From Octopus sinensis (Eukaryota), in contig NC_043006.1 in NCBI RefSeq assembly GCF_006345805.1, forward strand, positions 47,182,001-47,246,000: 64,000 nt of DNA. Direction: 5' to 3'. Under the pieces are notes generated by a model that was not told where the DNA came from, made no database searches, and saw only the letters and a list, made by a program, of their open reading frames with translations. Shown one piece after another: positions 13,213 through 26,516 of the stretch; positions within the stretch are counted from its first letter, which is position 1, and each line of letters starts with the position of its first letter. Made by a program: the position numbers and the translations under genes.

Positions 13213-13898
13213 TTGCGTCGGCCAGAAATGAAAAGCTGCAACAATAACTTATGCAGCAATAATCCTCAGAGCGGCAGCAGCAATGAACTTCAAAACCAAG
13301 AGCAACAAAAGCACCACCACCACCAACACCACCACCACCACCAACCGTTCAAGAATTTGGACCTGGAGAGGGCGACTTCGAGGGCCACCTCCCAGTGGTG
13401 TCGGGCGTCAACGAAGAGCCCTCGACTACAACAAAACGACCAAAGTTTTCTTTTTCCAAGGTCTGGGGTCCCCCACCCCTAAGTCCTAGAGCAGCACCTA
13501 ATCGCCCTTACCCGTCTTGTTGCTTATCAACAACAATAACAACAACAACCAACAACACTACCAACAACGGTAGTTGCGAAAGTAAACAGCACGCTACGAC
13601 CCCTAAAGACTCATAGGTCGAAACATGTAGCATATTAATTGCACCCTCACATACAGATACACTCCTCAATATCAACACAGACTTAGTGGATTCAGAAACT
13701 TTATCGGTTGACGGGGAAAATTTCAATCTGTCGCAAAAGACTTGTGGCAGGACAAAAATGAAGAAAAATAAAGAAAAAAAACCCGCTCCAAATGTAATAC
13801 CAAAAGACAAGACGAAAAATAACCTACCTTTCAACCATTCATCACCTACAACAGCAACAACACCAAATCCTTCACCAAAATCTCAACAACAAAAGTAA
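13213..13898 (+). other. Coding-like low-complexity region (poly-H/Q/P/T) with interrupted frames
   Basis: Overlapping ORFs 13213-13482, 13395-13616 and 13686-13898; GC higher than flanks; no recognisable domain. Confidence 0.25.
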
Positions 13899-14009
13899 TA
13901 TGCACGTATACAATCGAAATCATTAATACAATAAATGGAAGGTTCGAAAACATGATGAAAAGCAACAACAATAAATACAACAATAAACCAGACAGCCGAG
14001 TACCCAACT

Positions 14010-14175
14010 CCACAAGGCCCGAAATTTTGTGGGTGGGGGCCAGTCGATTAGATGGTCCCCAGTAGGCAACTCGTTCTTAATTTATCGACCCCGAAATGAT
14101 GAAAGGCAAAGCCAACCTCGGCGCAATTTGGACTCAGACCATAAAGACAGACGAAATACCGCTAAGCATTTCTGC
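14010..14175 (-). mobile_element. SINE family B, alpha tail, diverged
   Basis: Core and alpha tail homologous to the 4933-5132 unit. Confidence 0.75.
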
Positions 14176-15200
14176 TGCATTTCAGCTGCGCAACACGTTG
14201 AACATATCTGCTGCTCTACCCCGGACTAACAACACGTTGGGCATGTCTAGTGCTCTACACCGGACTTACTAAATCTTAGGAGATAATATGGGTTATCGGA
14301 AACTGTGAAATGCAGTCTCATACACACTTATATAACCGCTGTCGGTTTGTTTATGTTGCCATCACCTATCGGTTTGTGTGTGTGTGTAATGGGGTAGATT
14401 TTTTCGATGAAATCCTTCAAGGTATTGCTCTAGCATCGTCGCAGTTCAGTGACCAAAGGAACAATAAGATAAAAGATCAATATATCCATTTTGATGAAAT
14501 TGAAGTTCTACTTTCGAAGGATAGGTGGTGTAAACCTAATCCTTCGTTAGCTGACTTATATTTAGCATCCTTCGAGTTTCGATTTCTTTGTGACGTATGA
14601 TAAATGAAGAAATTTCGCACCCAATTATTTTTAATTAATTCGTAATAAAGAATATATTCTAGGGATTTAGAGACTAGCAGAATTAATGAGGAAGTAAATG
14701 CGATTAAATATCTAGACTTCTCTGGATATTAGAAATTAATTGATTATTTGTGTACAATAAAACCAGCGAATTTTGTTTTAATTTAGCAGCTATAACTTAT
14801 GTCTATTAGGTTTTAGTATGAAGTAGTTAAAGTGTAACTAATGAGATTTAGAAAGATAGAAAATGGATGCGATTTATTAGTAAATGTTAGTGATGATCTT
14901 ATAAGACGACGTATGATTAGACACAGTTGCAATGCAAAAAAATAATTGTATATCAGAGTAATTGTACCGTAGTTAACAATAAAAGCTAATAAATTTAGTT
15001 TAATCTCAATGTTACAGTTAATTAGTCATTAAAAAAATTAAGATTGCTAATAAATTATTCCTAATATTTGGTGCACGTCGCCTTTGCTTTTTAAGAGACC
15101 AATTAAAACACGTTTCGGTCTTATAAAACGTCCCCCTTGGTACTGCCTGATTTTAGCGTAGCGATGAACACGTTTATTTCGGTACCTTGGTTTCTTTCAG

Positions 15201-15282
15201 GGGCTCCAGTTTCAACTATAGTGTGTTTTACACGGGTAAAGTACCAGAAGATTACAGGGATGAAAACTGGCGCTCTGTTGAA
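15201..15282 (+). CDS. Candidate exon of an unidentified host gene (GSSFNYSVFYTGKVPEDYRDENWRSVE)
   Basis: Acceptor TTTCTTTCAG, donor GAA|GTAATC, open non-repetitive frame; no homology recognised. Confidence 0.25.
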
Positions 15283-15574
15283 GTAATCTGTGACGGAGTG
15301 GTGATATTCCGGCCTCTTCTTCTTATTTTACTGCAATACGACATCATTCTTTCGAATCGATGACTCTTCCCAATGCTTTTTGTACTAGCTTCAATTTGTT
15401 TATATAAATTTATAGAAGTTTATGCATTAATATTTATCTAATTATAGGCTGCACTTTTCGTCTGCTGTGTTGATGTATAGCTTCTGAGTTTGTCATTCAA
15501 AGTTTCGTGCTGTGTTATATATGAGAACCTGACCGATGTAAGTTGATTAAGCGATTTATATTCGATTTAGATTT

Positions 15575-15737
15575 TGGCACAAGCCAGCAATTTCGGAGCT
15601 GGTGGTTTGGACGGGTGCTAACTCGAATACGTTGACCTCCAATGTTCAGCTGGTACTTATTTTATCAGATGAAAGGCAAAGCTGACCAGGGCGGAATTTG
15701 AAATCAAAACGTAGAGACAAACGAAATGCCGCTAAGC
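15575..15737 (-). mobile_element. SINE family B, diverged
   Basis: Core remnant GATGAAAGGCAAAG...GGCGGAATTTGAA on the plus strand. Confidence 0.7.
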
Positions 15738-16694
15738 ATATTGAGAAATATGTAAATGGACTTGATAGATTACTGAGCGATGTCTTAGAGAAATCACAAT
15801 ATTGTTGGTGATACAGCATCCTACTGCAGCTATATGACATGTGTTGTAACTTAGTGACATATTATGATGATTCACTCCCGAACTGAAATATGCTCGCAGC
15901 CTCTGCGTCATGAATGGTTACATGGACTACTTATAACAAAAGTCAACGCTTTCTTCGACCGCTACGTAAAAAGTGTTAAGAAAAGTATTAGTTAGATATA
16001 CTTCTATTTTAGTTGTTTACACTATTTTACGCTTGTTTATACTCTTGTACATTCAAAGTTCACAAATTTCCGTATTCAGATTATGAACAATATTCCTTTC
16101 GATAATATCAATTTGATTACAAAACTTCTTTGTAGGCTATATATTCTGTTTGATTGATACTAATTTTCAAATTACTGGAGCCCGTTTCTCTATTAATAGC
16201 GACGTATATCTGCCCACATGTAAAGATTGGAGTGAGTAAAAATACACCTATACGATCTCAAGTGTGGCGCTGTGCTAAAACCAAGGACGGAAAAAACAAT
16301 TTTACACAAATATAAATACAATAAAAAATACAATAACATAGTAACAGGACATAACAACAGATGTCTTTCGACTAAGGACGAATTGAATTAAGCTGGCGCG
16401 TGTGGAAATGAAGCCTTACGGCAGAAATACAGAAGTTTCACAAATACAGGGAAGGATATCGATGTTGCACGAACCACAGTCAGACCCAGAAAAAAAGAGC
16501 GAGCAGTCTGGCCGATCGGTCACGTGGGAAGAGAAGAGAGAGAAATAGAGGGACAGAAGAATTAAGGGGGGGAATGACAGGGACACTTTGAAGTGAAAAG
16601 TGGAGGGAAAGTCAGTAAGAAGATAAGGCTAAGAAATGTGAGAGAGGGGGAACGAAAGAACGAAGCGTGAAATGAACGAATATATATATATATA

Positions 16695-17150
16695 TTGGCT
16701 GGTTGTTTTTCTGGAGAATTTCAGAATGATATAGACGCCTATGATGAGAAACCAATAAGGTTCGAAAATTGATTGTTAAGGTTTTTCCAGACTGCGGAGA
16801 AATGGCTAAAATTTGCGCTGTTTATAATTATACCATATGCTGCATATTTGTTATAGTATACATTGATACTGTGTGGACTGAGATCCCCGTTGAGTGGCTG
16901 CTGGTATTTATAGTGTTAAAACAATTTCGGTGTGCAAATTAGGGACTTCTTCATGGAGTAACTGTTGAATATGTTGAGAATATAAACAGTTTGGCTACTC
17001 GTTTCTCTGGACACCGTCAGAATGAGGTAGACACCTCTGATGCGAACCTAATAATGTTTGAAAATCGATTAAGGATGCTCATAGTTTTTTTTTCAGTCTG
17101 CGGGAAAATGGCTAAAATTTGCCCTGTTTGTAATTACACCATATGTTATA
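16695..17150 (+). mobile_element. Two diverged direct repeats (~296-bp period), each with a decayed minimal hammerhead motif; Penelope-like pLTR remnant
   Basis: 16695-16855 resembles 16991-17150; cores ATGATGA..GAAA and CTGATGC..GAAA. Confidence 0.5.
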
Positions 17151-18269
17151 TAGATATAGATATAGATATATATATATAATGACAAATATGTCTGCAGATA
17201 ATACTACTCTGAGACTTGTAAAGAAATGATATGTTTAATTCAAACCGAATCTGCTGGAGAGAAATATAAAAGTTTCCAAACTTGTTTGTAATATATTCAA
17301 ACTTTCTCAAAATATTTTATCAGACGTAATTAATTTCGACAAGCGAACACTAAAAAACAAATTTAAAGTCTATATCTTTATACGTACGTTTATTATTTTC
17401 AGTGAAAATATTATCTTCAATGTCTTCTATCAGCAAAATATATTTTACAAACTTCTTCAATCTGTTACAGTCGTTGGAGATTTAATTTTCTCACTCATAT
17501 ATTTTATCACTGAAATATTGTGGTGCAGTTTTTTTTCTTTGCCTTTTCCTGATTTGTTTCTAAACTCAAGCACTAAATTACACTATTCTCTTTCTCATAC
17601 AGCTCAAATCTCTTGATAACATTTCTCATATCATCGAGATTTGTAGCTCTAAAATTGCTAGAGGAGCCAATCTTAACCAACTTGTAATCATGTTTTAAAG
17701 ATAAAAAGTCTTCTATACCGACATCACACTACTCTCACACAGACACACACAGTGCATCATATGTAAGTGTAAAAGTCATTTTCTTTTTAAAGAAAATGTA
17801 TATCAGAATATTTATTTACGACCGTCAACATTTTTTCTAATATTTTTAAAAAACATTTATTATAGGAACGTAATTAATTATACCTTATCGAAATTGTTAG
17901 ATTGAGTAAACAATCACCGTCTTTCCATCCAACTCTTTCCGTCCAAAACTAGTCTATTTCTTTTATCAGAAGACAGTATGGTATTAAAGCAATTTTTGTA
18001 GCTAAAGTTTAGTGGGTTCAACGACCTGTCGATACTACACTTTTCTTGACACCGTTTGTGTAGCGTTTGATCAGCTATGGTTGCCGATTATTTTCTAACC
18101 AAAATTAAGTGAACATCTAAAAATACGATGTCGGAGAAAACAAAGGATAGTGACAGCGTTTATATTTTTGATACTGCTTAAGTCAGTATTATGCTAATGC
18201 ATAACGTGTTAGGCTGTTTCATCGTATTCGTAGTCAGCGCTATCCTCCTCCCCCTCGTCCTCCTCCTCA

Positions 18270-18500
18270 CCAGCCCCAGCATCAGCACCAGCACCACCAG
18301 CACCAGCACCAGCACCGCCACTACCACCACCACCAGCACCACCAGCACCAGCACCAGCACCAGCACCACCAGCACCACCACCACTACCAGCACCAGCACC
18401 AGCACCAGCACCAGCACCAGCACCAGCACCACCAACACCAACACCAACACCACCACCAACACCACTATCACCTCCAACACCATCAACATCGCCACCATAA
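18270..18500. repeat. (ACC/AGC)n compound trinucleotide repeat
   Basis: Direct reading. Confidence 0.9.
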
Positions 18501-18569
18501 CCGCTGTCGCTTCTGATTCTATCTAAATATTGGTTATAATTTTCGTCTGATATGTTACTATCCATTCTA

Positions 18570-18722
18570 CAATCTTTACGAATTCAAATTCCGCCGAGGT
18601 CGACTTTGCCTTTCATCCTTTCCCGGTCGATAAATTAAGTACCAGTTGTGTACTGGAGCCGATCTAATCGACTAGCTCTCTCCCCAAAGATTTCGGGCCT
18701 CGTGCCTAGAGCAGAAAAGAAT
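18570..18722 (+). mobile_element. SINE family B, 5'-truncated, alpha tail
   Basis: TTCAAATTCCGCCGAGGTCGACTTTGCCTTTCATCC...CCTAGAGCAGAAAAGAAT. Confidence 0.8.
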
Positions 18723-19451
18723 CTTTACATACGTGTCTTTCATTTTGTATCTCGTCTTTTTACAAGAAGATGATTTCGCTCCAATGTCTATCAAAGGCTT
18801 TGAGTATCTCTGACGAGATGATCGCATCAAGATCCTCGGTCTACTGGATCTCGGCTAATTTCAGACTAAACACCAAACAGCAACCACAATAGCAGTAACA
18901 CTACAAAGAATCGGTACAGCATTATAAGCAGCTATGACAACTGCAGCTATTCTTATAACCATTACTGACGAAAATTGAGAGTTCTCAAGAATGGAATGTG
19001 GCGCCAATAAGAAATTAAATAAGGATAACAATAAAATATTGGAAACCTAAAGAAGTGTTTTCATGTGTGGGATGAATACTAAGTACGTTTACAAATTAGG
19101 GAGAGAAAAGGCCAAGCATTCTCATGGAATCCGGAGCTCACTTGTTTTTTTACTCTTTCGCTATTTATAGCATCTGCGAATGAGTAGGAGAAAATAACAA
19201 TATAAAAAAAAAAAAAAGATGAAAGGTTAAAAGCTTTATGGAAAATACATCAATGGAGGTGACGAATATTGAAATGAACGATATAAACAAAATAATAATA
19301 ATAATAATAATAAAAAGAAATGATGGTTGGGAGTGGGTGATAATAGGCGGAACAAAAATACAGAACAAAACTAAGATCCGGGAAAATTGTTCCATTTTGT
19401 CGATTTGTGTAGCTATTTTTGCTTGTGTTTTAAATGTTTTCAAAATGAATA

Positions 19452-19491
19452 AATAATAATAATAGTAATAATAATAATAATAATAATAATG

Positions 19492-19525
<34 letters not shown>

Positions 19526-19558
19526 TAATAATACAAAAATAAGGATAATAACAACAAC

Positions 19559-19612
<54 letters not shown>

Positions 19613-19640
19613 CATAATAACAATCATAATAATAATAGAG
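19452..19640. repeat. (AAT)n microsatellite
   Basis: Direct reading. Confidence 0.95.
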
Positions 19641-19999
19641 TCAACATTTTCCTCAAATATGCATAACGTTTTGCTTAGTCAGGTAACTACAAGAATCCAT
19701 TAGACGATCACTTGTTAATGATTTACGCTGGGCTACTTTTGTTGCCTTTGTTGCTTATACAATTGTCATTTTTCATTGAAAGAATATTTGTACAGGTTGT
19801 AATAGTTGTGATTCATACAACGATTTCTGGCTCGTTGAAGCATCATGGCGGATATATTCCTGTGTGTAGTGTATCTTCGATGCAACTTCCTCACAAAGCC
19901 ATATGAATGGAATAAAGCATACGACTCAGTACTGGTACGCAAGCAAATGAACGTGATACAACTAAGTAGTTTATAGTTTACATGTTGCCTCATAATTTA

Positions 20000-20560
20000 C
20001 TATAATTTTACAGCCATGTCTACATTCCATCACGGTGAGGTCGATATGAGGTGTGAAAACTTTCAAGAAGAGCTTGCCAGTGCAAGTACACTCGGTAGAA
20101 AACCAAGCAACCCGCATGCCAGTTGGTTTCAGGGATCACCAGGAGAGAATGTGCACCATTTGAGACCTTCTTCTCAACGACTTTACAACGCACTGGCCTC
20201 CCTCACTGATGTGAGGCCCCGCCTTCTGTTTCAACTGACTACTATTCGACTTCATGTCCCTTTCGGAATCATCACCTTTCCAGCCAGGTTTAGTCATTCC
20301 TTTTCAACCATATCCACCGGGATCTCCTTCAAGATGGTATATCATTGCCGATCTTAGGCAACAATTGATAGGAGCCACCGCCTCAGTCTGGTCCTAAGAC
20401 AACCCGTATATCCACAGGAAAGTGTACTGCACTCCAACCAGTATTTATAGTCTTCCATGGAAGTCTCATAACACATGGCCTTTCTAACCGGGGCTATAAG
20501 GAAACCTCCTTCGTGTGGAACAATTAATTCAACAATATGTATTATCTTAGGTTCTTTGCA
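20000..20560 (-). pseudogene. Decayed non-LTR retrotransposon RT C-terminal fragment (R4/Dong-like)
   Basis: Stop-riddled frame YKYWLE...LNLAGKVMIPKGT*SRIVVS*NRRRGLTSVREA resembles YKYLG...HPKSDVDRLYLPRKEGGRGLxSV (by-eye match). Confidence 0.4.
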
Positions 20561-21014
20561 CCTCATAACTGAACCAATGACACTACATAGAACTATCCAC
20601 AGTGTACAGGCTACAAACATTTCATAATAATAATTTGTTACTCTATATATCGCTGAAATTTGAGCAAGCTTAAAACATATTATTATAAAATCTTTGTATA
20701 AACAATGGGTATTTCATCTTGGCGTCGTAGGTTAATCGAAATATATTTTACAAGAAATATGTTTTAAAAGCAATATTTTAAAAGAAATAACAATTTTGAT
20801 TTTCGCTGATCTCAAAGGAATTATATAGTTTTAGTAGTTTAAAGGTTTGTGGAAATGTTGATTGTTGATTTTACATTAACTCATTTTAGAATATATTTTA
20901 TGCTTGTCATTTTGAAATATTGTTTATCATATGTCCATTTTCAGTACAAGTCTACGAAATTTATGAGACACTTCAACATTACTCCTAGTTCACCTGTTTT
21001 GTATCTACCAGTAT

Positions 21015-21242
21015 TACTCTTTTACTTTTTTTACTCTTTTACTTGTTTCAGTCATTTTACTGCGGCCATGCTGGAGTACTGCCTTTAGTCGAGCAAATCG
21101 ATCCAGGACTTATTATTTGGAAGTCTAGTACTTATTCTATCGGTTCTTTTGCTGAACCGCTGAGCTACGAGGACGTAAACACACCAGCAACGGTTGTCAA
21201 GCAATGTTGGGGGCACAAACACAGACACACAAACATGTACAT

Positions 21243-21283
<41 letters not shown>

Positions 21284-21446
21284 CGACGGGCTTCTTTCAG
21301 TTTCCGTCTACCAAATCCTCTCACAGGGTTTTGGTCGGCCCGAGGCTATAATAGAAGATATTCGTCCAAGGGGCCACGCAGTGGGAATGAACTCGGAACC
21401 ATGTGGTTGGAAAGCAAGATACTTACCACACAGCCACTCCCGCGCC
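21015..21446 (-). mobile_element. SINE family A, full length
   Basis: Head, core, internal microsatellite and tail all present. Confidence 0.85.
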
Positions 21447-22147
21447 TATAATTGTTTAAATTATGTTTGTTGTGTATCTTGCTTGCTGAAACAGTAAAGA
21501 AACTAGATTCGTTTGAGGAGCAGGATGTCAAACAGTACTGTCATAATATAAGAGCTTTACTTTTGATAAAATAATATCCTGTGAAAATAATGCAGCATTG
21601 ACGATGGAAACGTATTTCTATCCATTCCCATACAATAAGATCAGCTTTCCTCCAATCGAATCTTTTGATACCCAAAGACTTCCAATGAATATACTATTAC
21701 TACTGTCGCAGTTTCATCGGACTACGAAGTTCATATTATTTTTAAGTATTTAAAAAAAATATTGCTGTTATACCTCGTCCCTTTCTTCTCTGCTTTTTCT
21801 TTAGCAGCCCCGGTAAAATGTTTGTTCAGTTCTTCGTATTTGATGAAATAGGTTGCATATCCATCAGTCATATAATGCACAATGTGTGGTAATGCGGATA
21901 GTTTGTACCTCACCATTTTACCTATTTCCGTCCACATAAACTAGCACGGAAATAGGTAAAAGCTGTTAACACTTGAGTGTTCTTGAGAATGATATAACTA
22001 GCGGAATGGCTACAGAGTACACAAAACATACAACCTCTATCCCTCTGTCTGTATCTCACAGTCACTATATATTTCCCTCTCTATCTTCCTTCCTCTCTCT
22101 CTCATACACACGTACGCGCACGCGCAAGCATACACATTCTCCCACAA

Positions 22148-22178
<31 letters not shown>

Positions 22179-22439
22179 ATCAATCTATTTATCTATCTAT
22201 CTCTCCAGTATCCCTCTAAGATGCACATACATTCTCACCCTTAAGTGTGCATTTTCGCACAATATACACATAAACACCAATACACTATATTGTAGACCTC
22301 TCAAGCCATACCTATTTCTACCTATTGCAATAAAGATAGCTTTTTACCAAAGGAAGTAAACAATTTTTTTTTTTCGTTAAATCGTTCTGTTTAATCCTTT
22401 CATTCCATATTACTTACATTATTTACATTTGACGGATAT

Positions 22440-22560
22440 TTGTCCTCATCTTGCTTGTTGATAACACAACGTTTCGGCTGATATACCCTCCAGCCTTCAT
22501 CAGGTGTCTTGAGGGACATTTCGAATCTGGGTTCTCATTCCTAAGGTATTTTTTCGATAT
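22440..22560 (-). mobile_element. Penelope-like element terminal fragment
   Basis: Carries CCTGATGAAGGCTGG...CAGCCGAAACGTT, typical of PLE pLTRs; adjacent (ATT)n. Confidence 0.6.
22464..22507 (-). ncRNA. Minimal type I hammerhead ribozyme motif
   Basis: ACAC-CUGAUGA-A-GGCUG(10 nt)CAGCC-GAAAC-GUU-GUGU: intact core, stem I ACAC/GUGU, stem II 5 bp, palindromic stem III AACGUU. Confidence 0.7.
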
Positions 22561-22580
22561 TATTATTATTATTATTATTG

Positions 22581-22631
<51 letters not shown>

Positions 22632-22809
22632 TTATGTCTGACTTTTGCTTTACATTTGTACTAGTTAGCCCCAAGTTTCACCCAGAGACCTCAAGTTAGA
22701 AGGAAGTTCATGCTGGTGTTGTACTTAGTGTGCCAGATATTTGGTTTTGTACATAGTGTTGTTCTAGAAAATGTTTAAGAAACCATAAGAAAATGACGTT
22801 TGAAAAGAA

Positions 22810-22810
22810 A

Positions 22811-22844
<34 letters not shown>

Positions 22845-22927
22845 TATTATTATTATTATTATTATTTTTCAAATCACTGCTTGGAATCGAACTCGGAATC
22901 TTGGGGTTAGTAGCCCACGCTCTTAAC
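22810..22927 (-). mobile_element. Short tRNA-head SINE with (AAT)n tail
   Basis: GGGCATATGGCGTAGTGGTTAAGAGC...GAGTTCGATTCC followed by (AAT)n; no acceptor-stem 3' half. Confidence 0.65.
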
Positions 22928-23043
22928 CACTACGCCATATGCCCGTGTCCTTCCTTCCATCTTACGAATATTTCTCCACGTTAGCCATTCTTTCATTTTC
23001 ATTCTCAGTCTTTCTCAATGTATTTCCTCCTACTACCACCCCC

Positions 23044-23082
<39 letters not shown>

Positions 23083-23453
23083 AACACTCGTTTATAGCAT
23101 TATCAATGCAATTCAATTGATATTGTTTGAAAGGAATATACTCTTCTTTGTAACTTTATAGTCACAACCTCTTCACAACTTAAAAATTCCTACAACTCTC
23201 CCATCCCAACCACCAACTCCACCAACTAAATAAACCCTGCCACTTAATTTTTTCTCCTTTTTTTTTTTTTCTATATTCAACATTCAACCTCTTCTCCTAT
23301 CTATTGTTTACTTGACGAAACAAATACACATGAAAAAAATTAGATAAAAATACTCTACTGTGCAATATCAATAATTGCTCCCTTTAAGTAAAAACTGCGT
23401 TCACTGGGTTTTTAGTCGCTGTTAGTTTAGCTGAAAGGGAGTGATAATCTCAA

Positions 23454-23486
<33 letters not shown>

Positions 23487-24523
23487 GTAAGATGAGTATG
23501 CCCTCTGTGTGTAAATGTGTATAATTGTTTTAGTCTGAGATGTATCAGAAATATGTGCGCGTATATTTATGAGTTAGTGTGTGAGTCAATCATACGCACG
23601 CATTTGAGAAGATCTATTATCTGTTTGTGCGTGTATATGTGTGGAAACTGAATGCGGTGAAGGAAAAGGTTGTGTGTATTTAAGTGTGGAGAAATGCATG
23701 TTCATGTGCAAGTGAAAACAGTGTGCAGCTACGCATGTGTATGGTAATATTGGGATTATATGTTGGTGAGTAATTATACTATGAAGTAGTAAATTTGTGT
23801 GTATTTGTATATGTGGGGTTTGTATAATTTGTGTGTATTCTTCTGTATACGCAAGGGAGTGTTTACGGCGCTGTGCAATTGTATATTCTTGTTGTGTTTT
23901 TGTGAATGAATGAGTTGAGTGGTTTAGGAGTTATTGAAGGTGAAGGGAAGTGACTATACGAGTTTGTGCGGTATGAGTGTCTGATTGAATGTGAAGCTAT
24001 AAATCGTTGTATGTTTGTGTGTATGTGTGTGGTGTGTGTGTGTGTGTGGTGTGTGTGTGCATAATACGCGCATTTCTGTGTCCATGCATGTATGTACGTT
24101 TTATCTCATCCACCTGTGTGTATTAGCTGTTAAGTGGATGGATTTGAAGGATGGCTACAAGTGTATAGGAAGACGTGAATAAGTAGAGGATATCTGTTAG
24201 AATTATCGGGACCGAAAGAATGAGATGTGACAACAAGATGATGTAGAGGGAGATAGCGAGAGGGTGAGACAGGAAGAAGAGTGAAGGGATGCAGAGGGAG
24301 AGGGAGAGATAGAACCAAAACTCCACAGAATGGGTTGGATAAATGTAAGGAAAACGTAGAAGAAAGAGAAATAGCATTGAATAGAAGAAAAAGAGCGAAC
24401 ATGAGGAGTAACAAAAAAGATAGGGATATGGAAAGAAAATGAGAGATAAGAAAATAAGAGTATAATGTGAGAAAGTAGCAAATCACTCCCTATTACTCTT
24501 CTGTCCCTCTTTGCCGCTGTGTG

Positions 24524-24563
<40 letters not shown>

Positions 24564-24592
24564 AAAACACACATGTATACATACATATATAC

Positions 24593-24642
<50 letters not shown>

Positions 24643-25079
24643 AACTAAAGTTATTGAACAAACAAAGGCGAGGTCATCCGCATATCATTTCATAATTCGA
24701 ACATTTAATCATAGAATATACATATAAACATCCCGCAAGATGGAACATAATTCATCTGTACAAGCATACAAGCATATAATAATAATAAGGTGCGTGAAAA
24801 TTTTTTTCATCACAGTTTAGAGTTAATATTTTAGCGACTCAGAAAAAGACATTTTTTTAAAGAAAACCTAGAAAGTAAAAATATATAATATAAAGCAATA
24901 TATAAAGTTATATAAAAATATATAAAATATGAATATATACATATAGGAGCATATAAAAAATATATAATATATATCATGTAAATAAAATAAAAGTTCATAT
25001 TCAAGTAAAAGAAGGCTTATAGTTAAAAAGGGAACCATATTTACTTATCCCTATGGCCATTTCAGGGGTGTATTATTAT

Positions 25080-25842
25080 GTTTAAAGCACTAGTGTGCAT
25101 CCAGATAATACCGCCTTCGTCAGGGGAAAAAATATATACATAAAGATAGACATCATCGCGTACCAATCCAGCACAGTGTTGTTTGCTTTCCAATGGAGGC
25201 ATTCATGCTCGGATAGTCCTCTTTTTGGAGCCCTTCGTCGGAAACATAGGAGAAGGAAAGATCTCGAGAAGGGAAGACAGAGGAAAAAAATTGCCAACGG
25301 TACACACGAGGTCACATTTTGAAAGACCGGAAGTATAAAGGGTGAAGAAGGTTGTTTTCAAAGACAGAAGAGTGGAGGAACGAGTGCAAGTCAGCCATGT
25401 TGAGAAGTGGTGAATGTTTGTGTAGGTGTAAGTGGTGGCGACACAAGTGGAAAAATGGAGGTACAAGAAGAAATGTAAAGAACGACGAGGAAAAAGTATA
25501 GGAAAAAGTACGAGAAAAAAATGTTCGAGGAAAAAAAGTTTTTGTAGAGTCACGGACAGATTTTTTTGATTTCCAATCACGATTTCGGTGGCGTACTCCG
25601 GAAGAATGGTAACAGTAATCCGTAGGTGTAAAAATCCAGGAATTGGTATCCAAGGCACTCAGAGGGTTGGGGCCTGTGTGAGCGTGTGGTATATAAAGTT
25701 AATCCAAACAAGAAAACACAAAAAACACAACAACGCGAGGACGTGGAACAAATATAGTATTATTGGACGCTCAGGAAAGAAGGGAAGAAGGAGGGTTTAA
25801 CGTTTTGAGCGGAGCTCTTCGTCGGAAACATAGGTGAAGGAA

Positions 25843-25850
<8 letters not shown>
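25080..25850 (-). mobile_element. Penelope-like remnant with duplicated terminal segment
   Basis: CTTCGTCGGAAACATAGG(A/T)GAAGGAAAGAT repeated near 25233 and 25817; decayed FFTLYTSGLSK resembles the GIY-YIG C-terminal TLxPxGLN; degenerate hammerhead at 25795-25829. Confidence 0.5.
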
Positions 25851-25873
<23 letters not shown>

Positions 25874-26516
25874 CTTATTCATACACACATATATACACGT
25901 TCGTGATAACAACGTCTGTAAGCTTCACGCGACGGCCTTTCCAGCAACTGGTTGCGTCATAAGAGCCACGCGAGGAAAGGAATGACAGAGATACCCATTA
26001 AAGGGAATTGCCGAAAATGGAAAAGTCTGAAACTGAGTAATAGCGGTCATATTTTAGTGGGCATAAGCAAAGAATGGTAAAGGGTCCCCGTAAAAATATG
26101 ATAGAAGAGGGTATTTGGATTAATAGTAATAATAAGAAAACGAGTTGACAATATACCAAAAAAATAAAAATGGGGTGAAAATGAGGGAAGAAATGGAAGA
26201 AGGATTTGTGAAAATATGCAAATGACAACATGGAGTAAACGATCCACAGCTGGTTGCACTAAGCAGGGTAAAATCACAAATTTGAGTGAAGAACAATATT
26301 TGAATGAATTGATGTAAGATGCAGAGTAGATTGAAAATGAGATAAAAATATTCCTGCGTAGCTAGGGTATACAAGTAACTCTTTATGTCTCTCTGTATCT
26401 CTCTCACACACACCTCCACAGACACGGACACTCATACGCACATATACATATACCAAGACATTAATAGATAGAGTAACAGACTAACAGGTAGATAGATAGA
26501 TAGATAGATAGATATG

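Noticed and set aside
18191-18526. Hydrophobic N-terminus plus Ser/Thr mucin-like ORF
   Set aside because: Almost entirely an (ACC/AGC)n repeat, open on both strands, with no independent support
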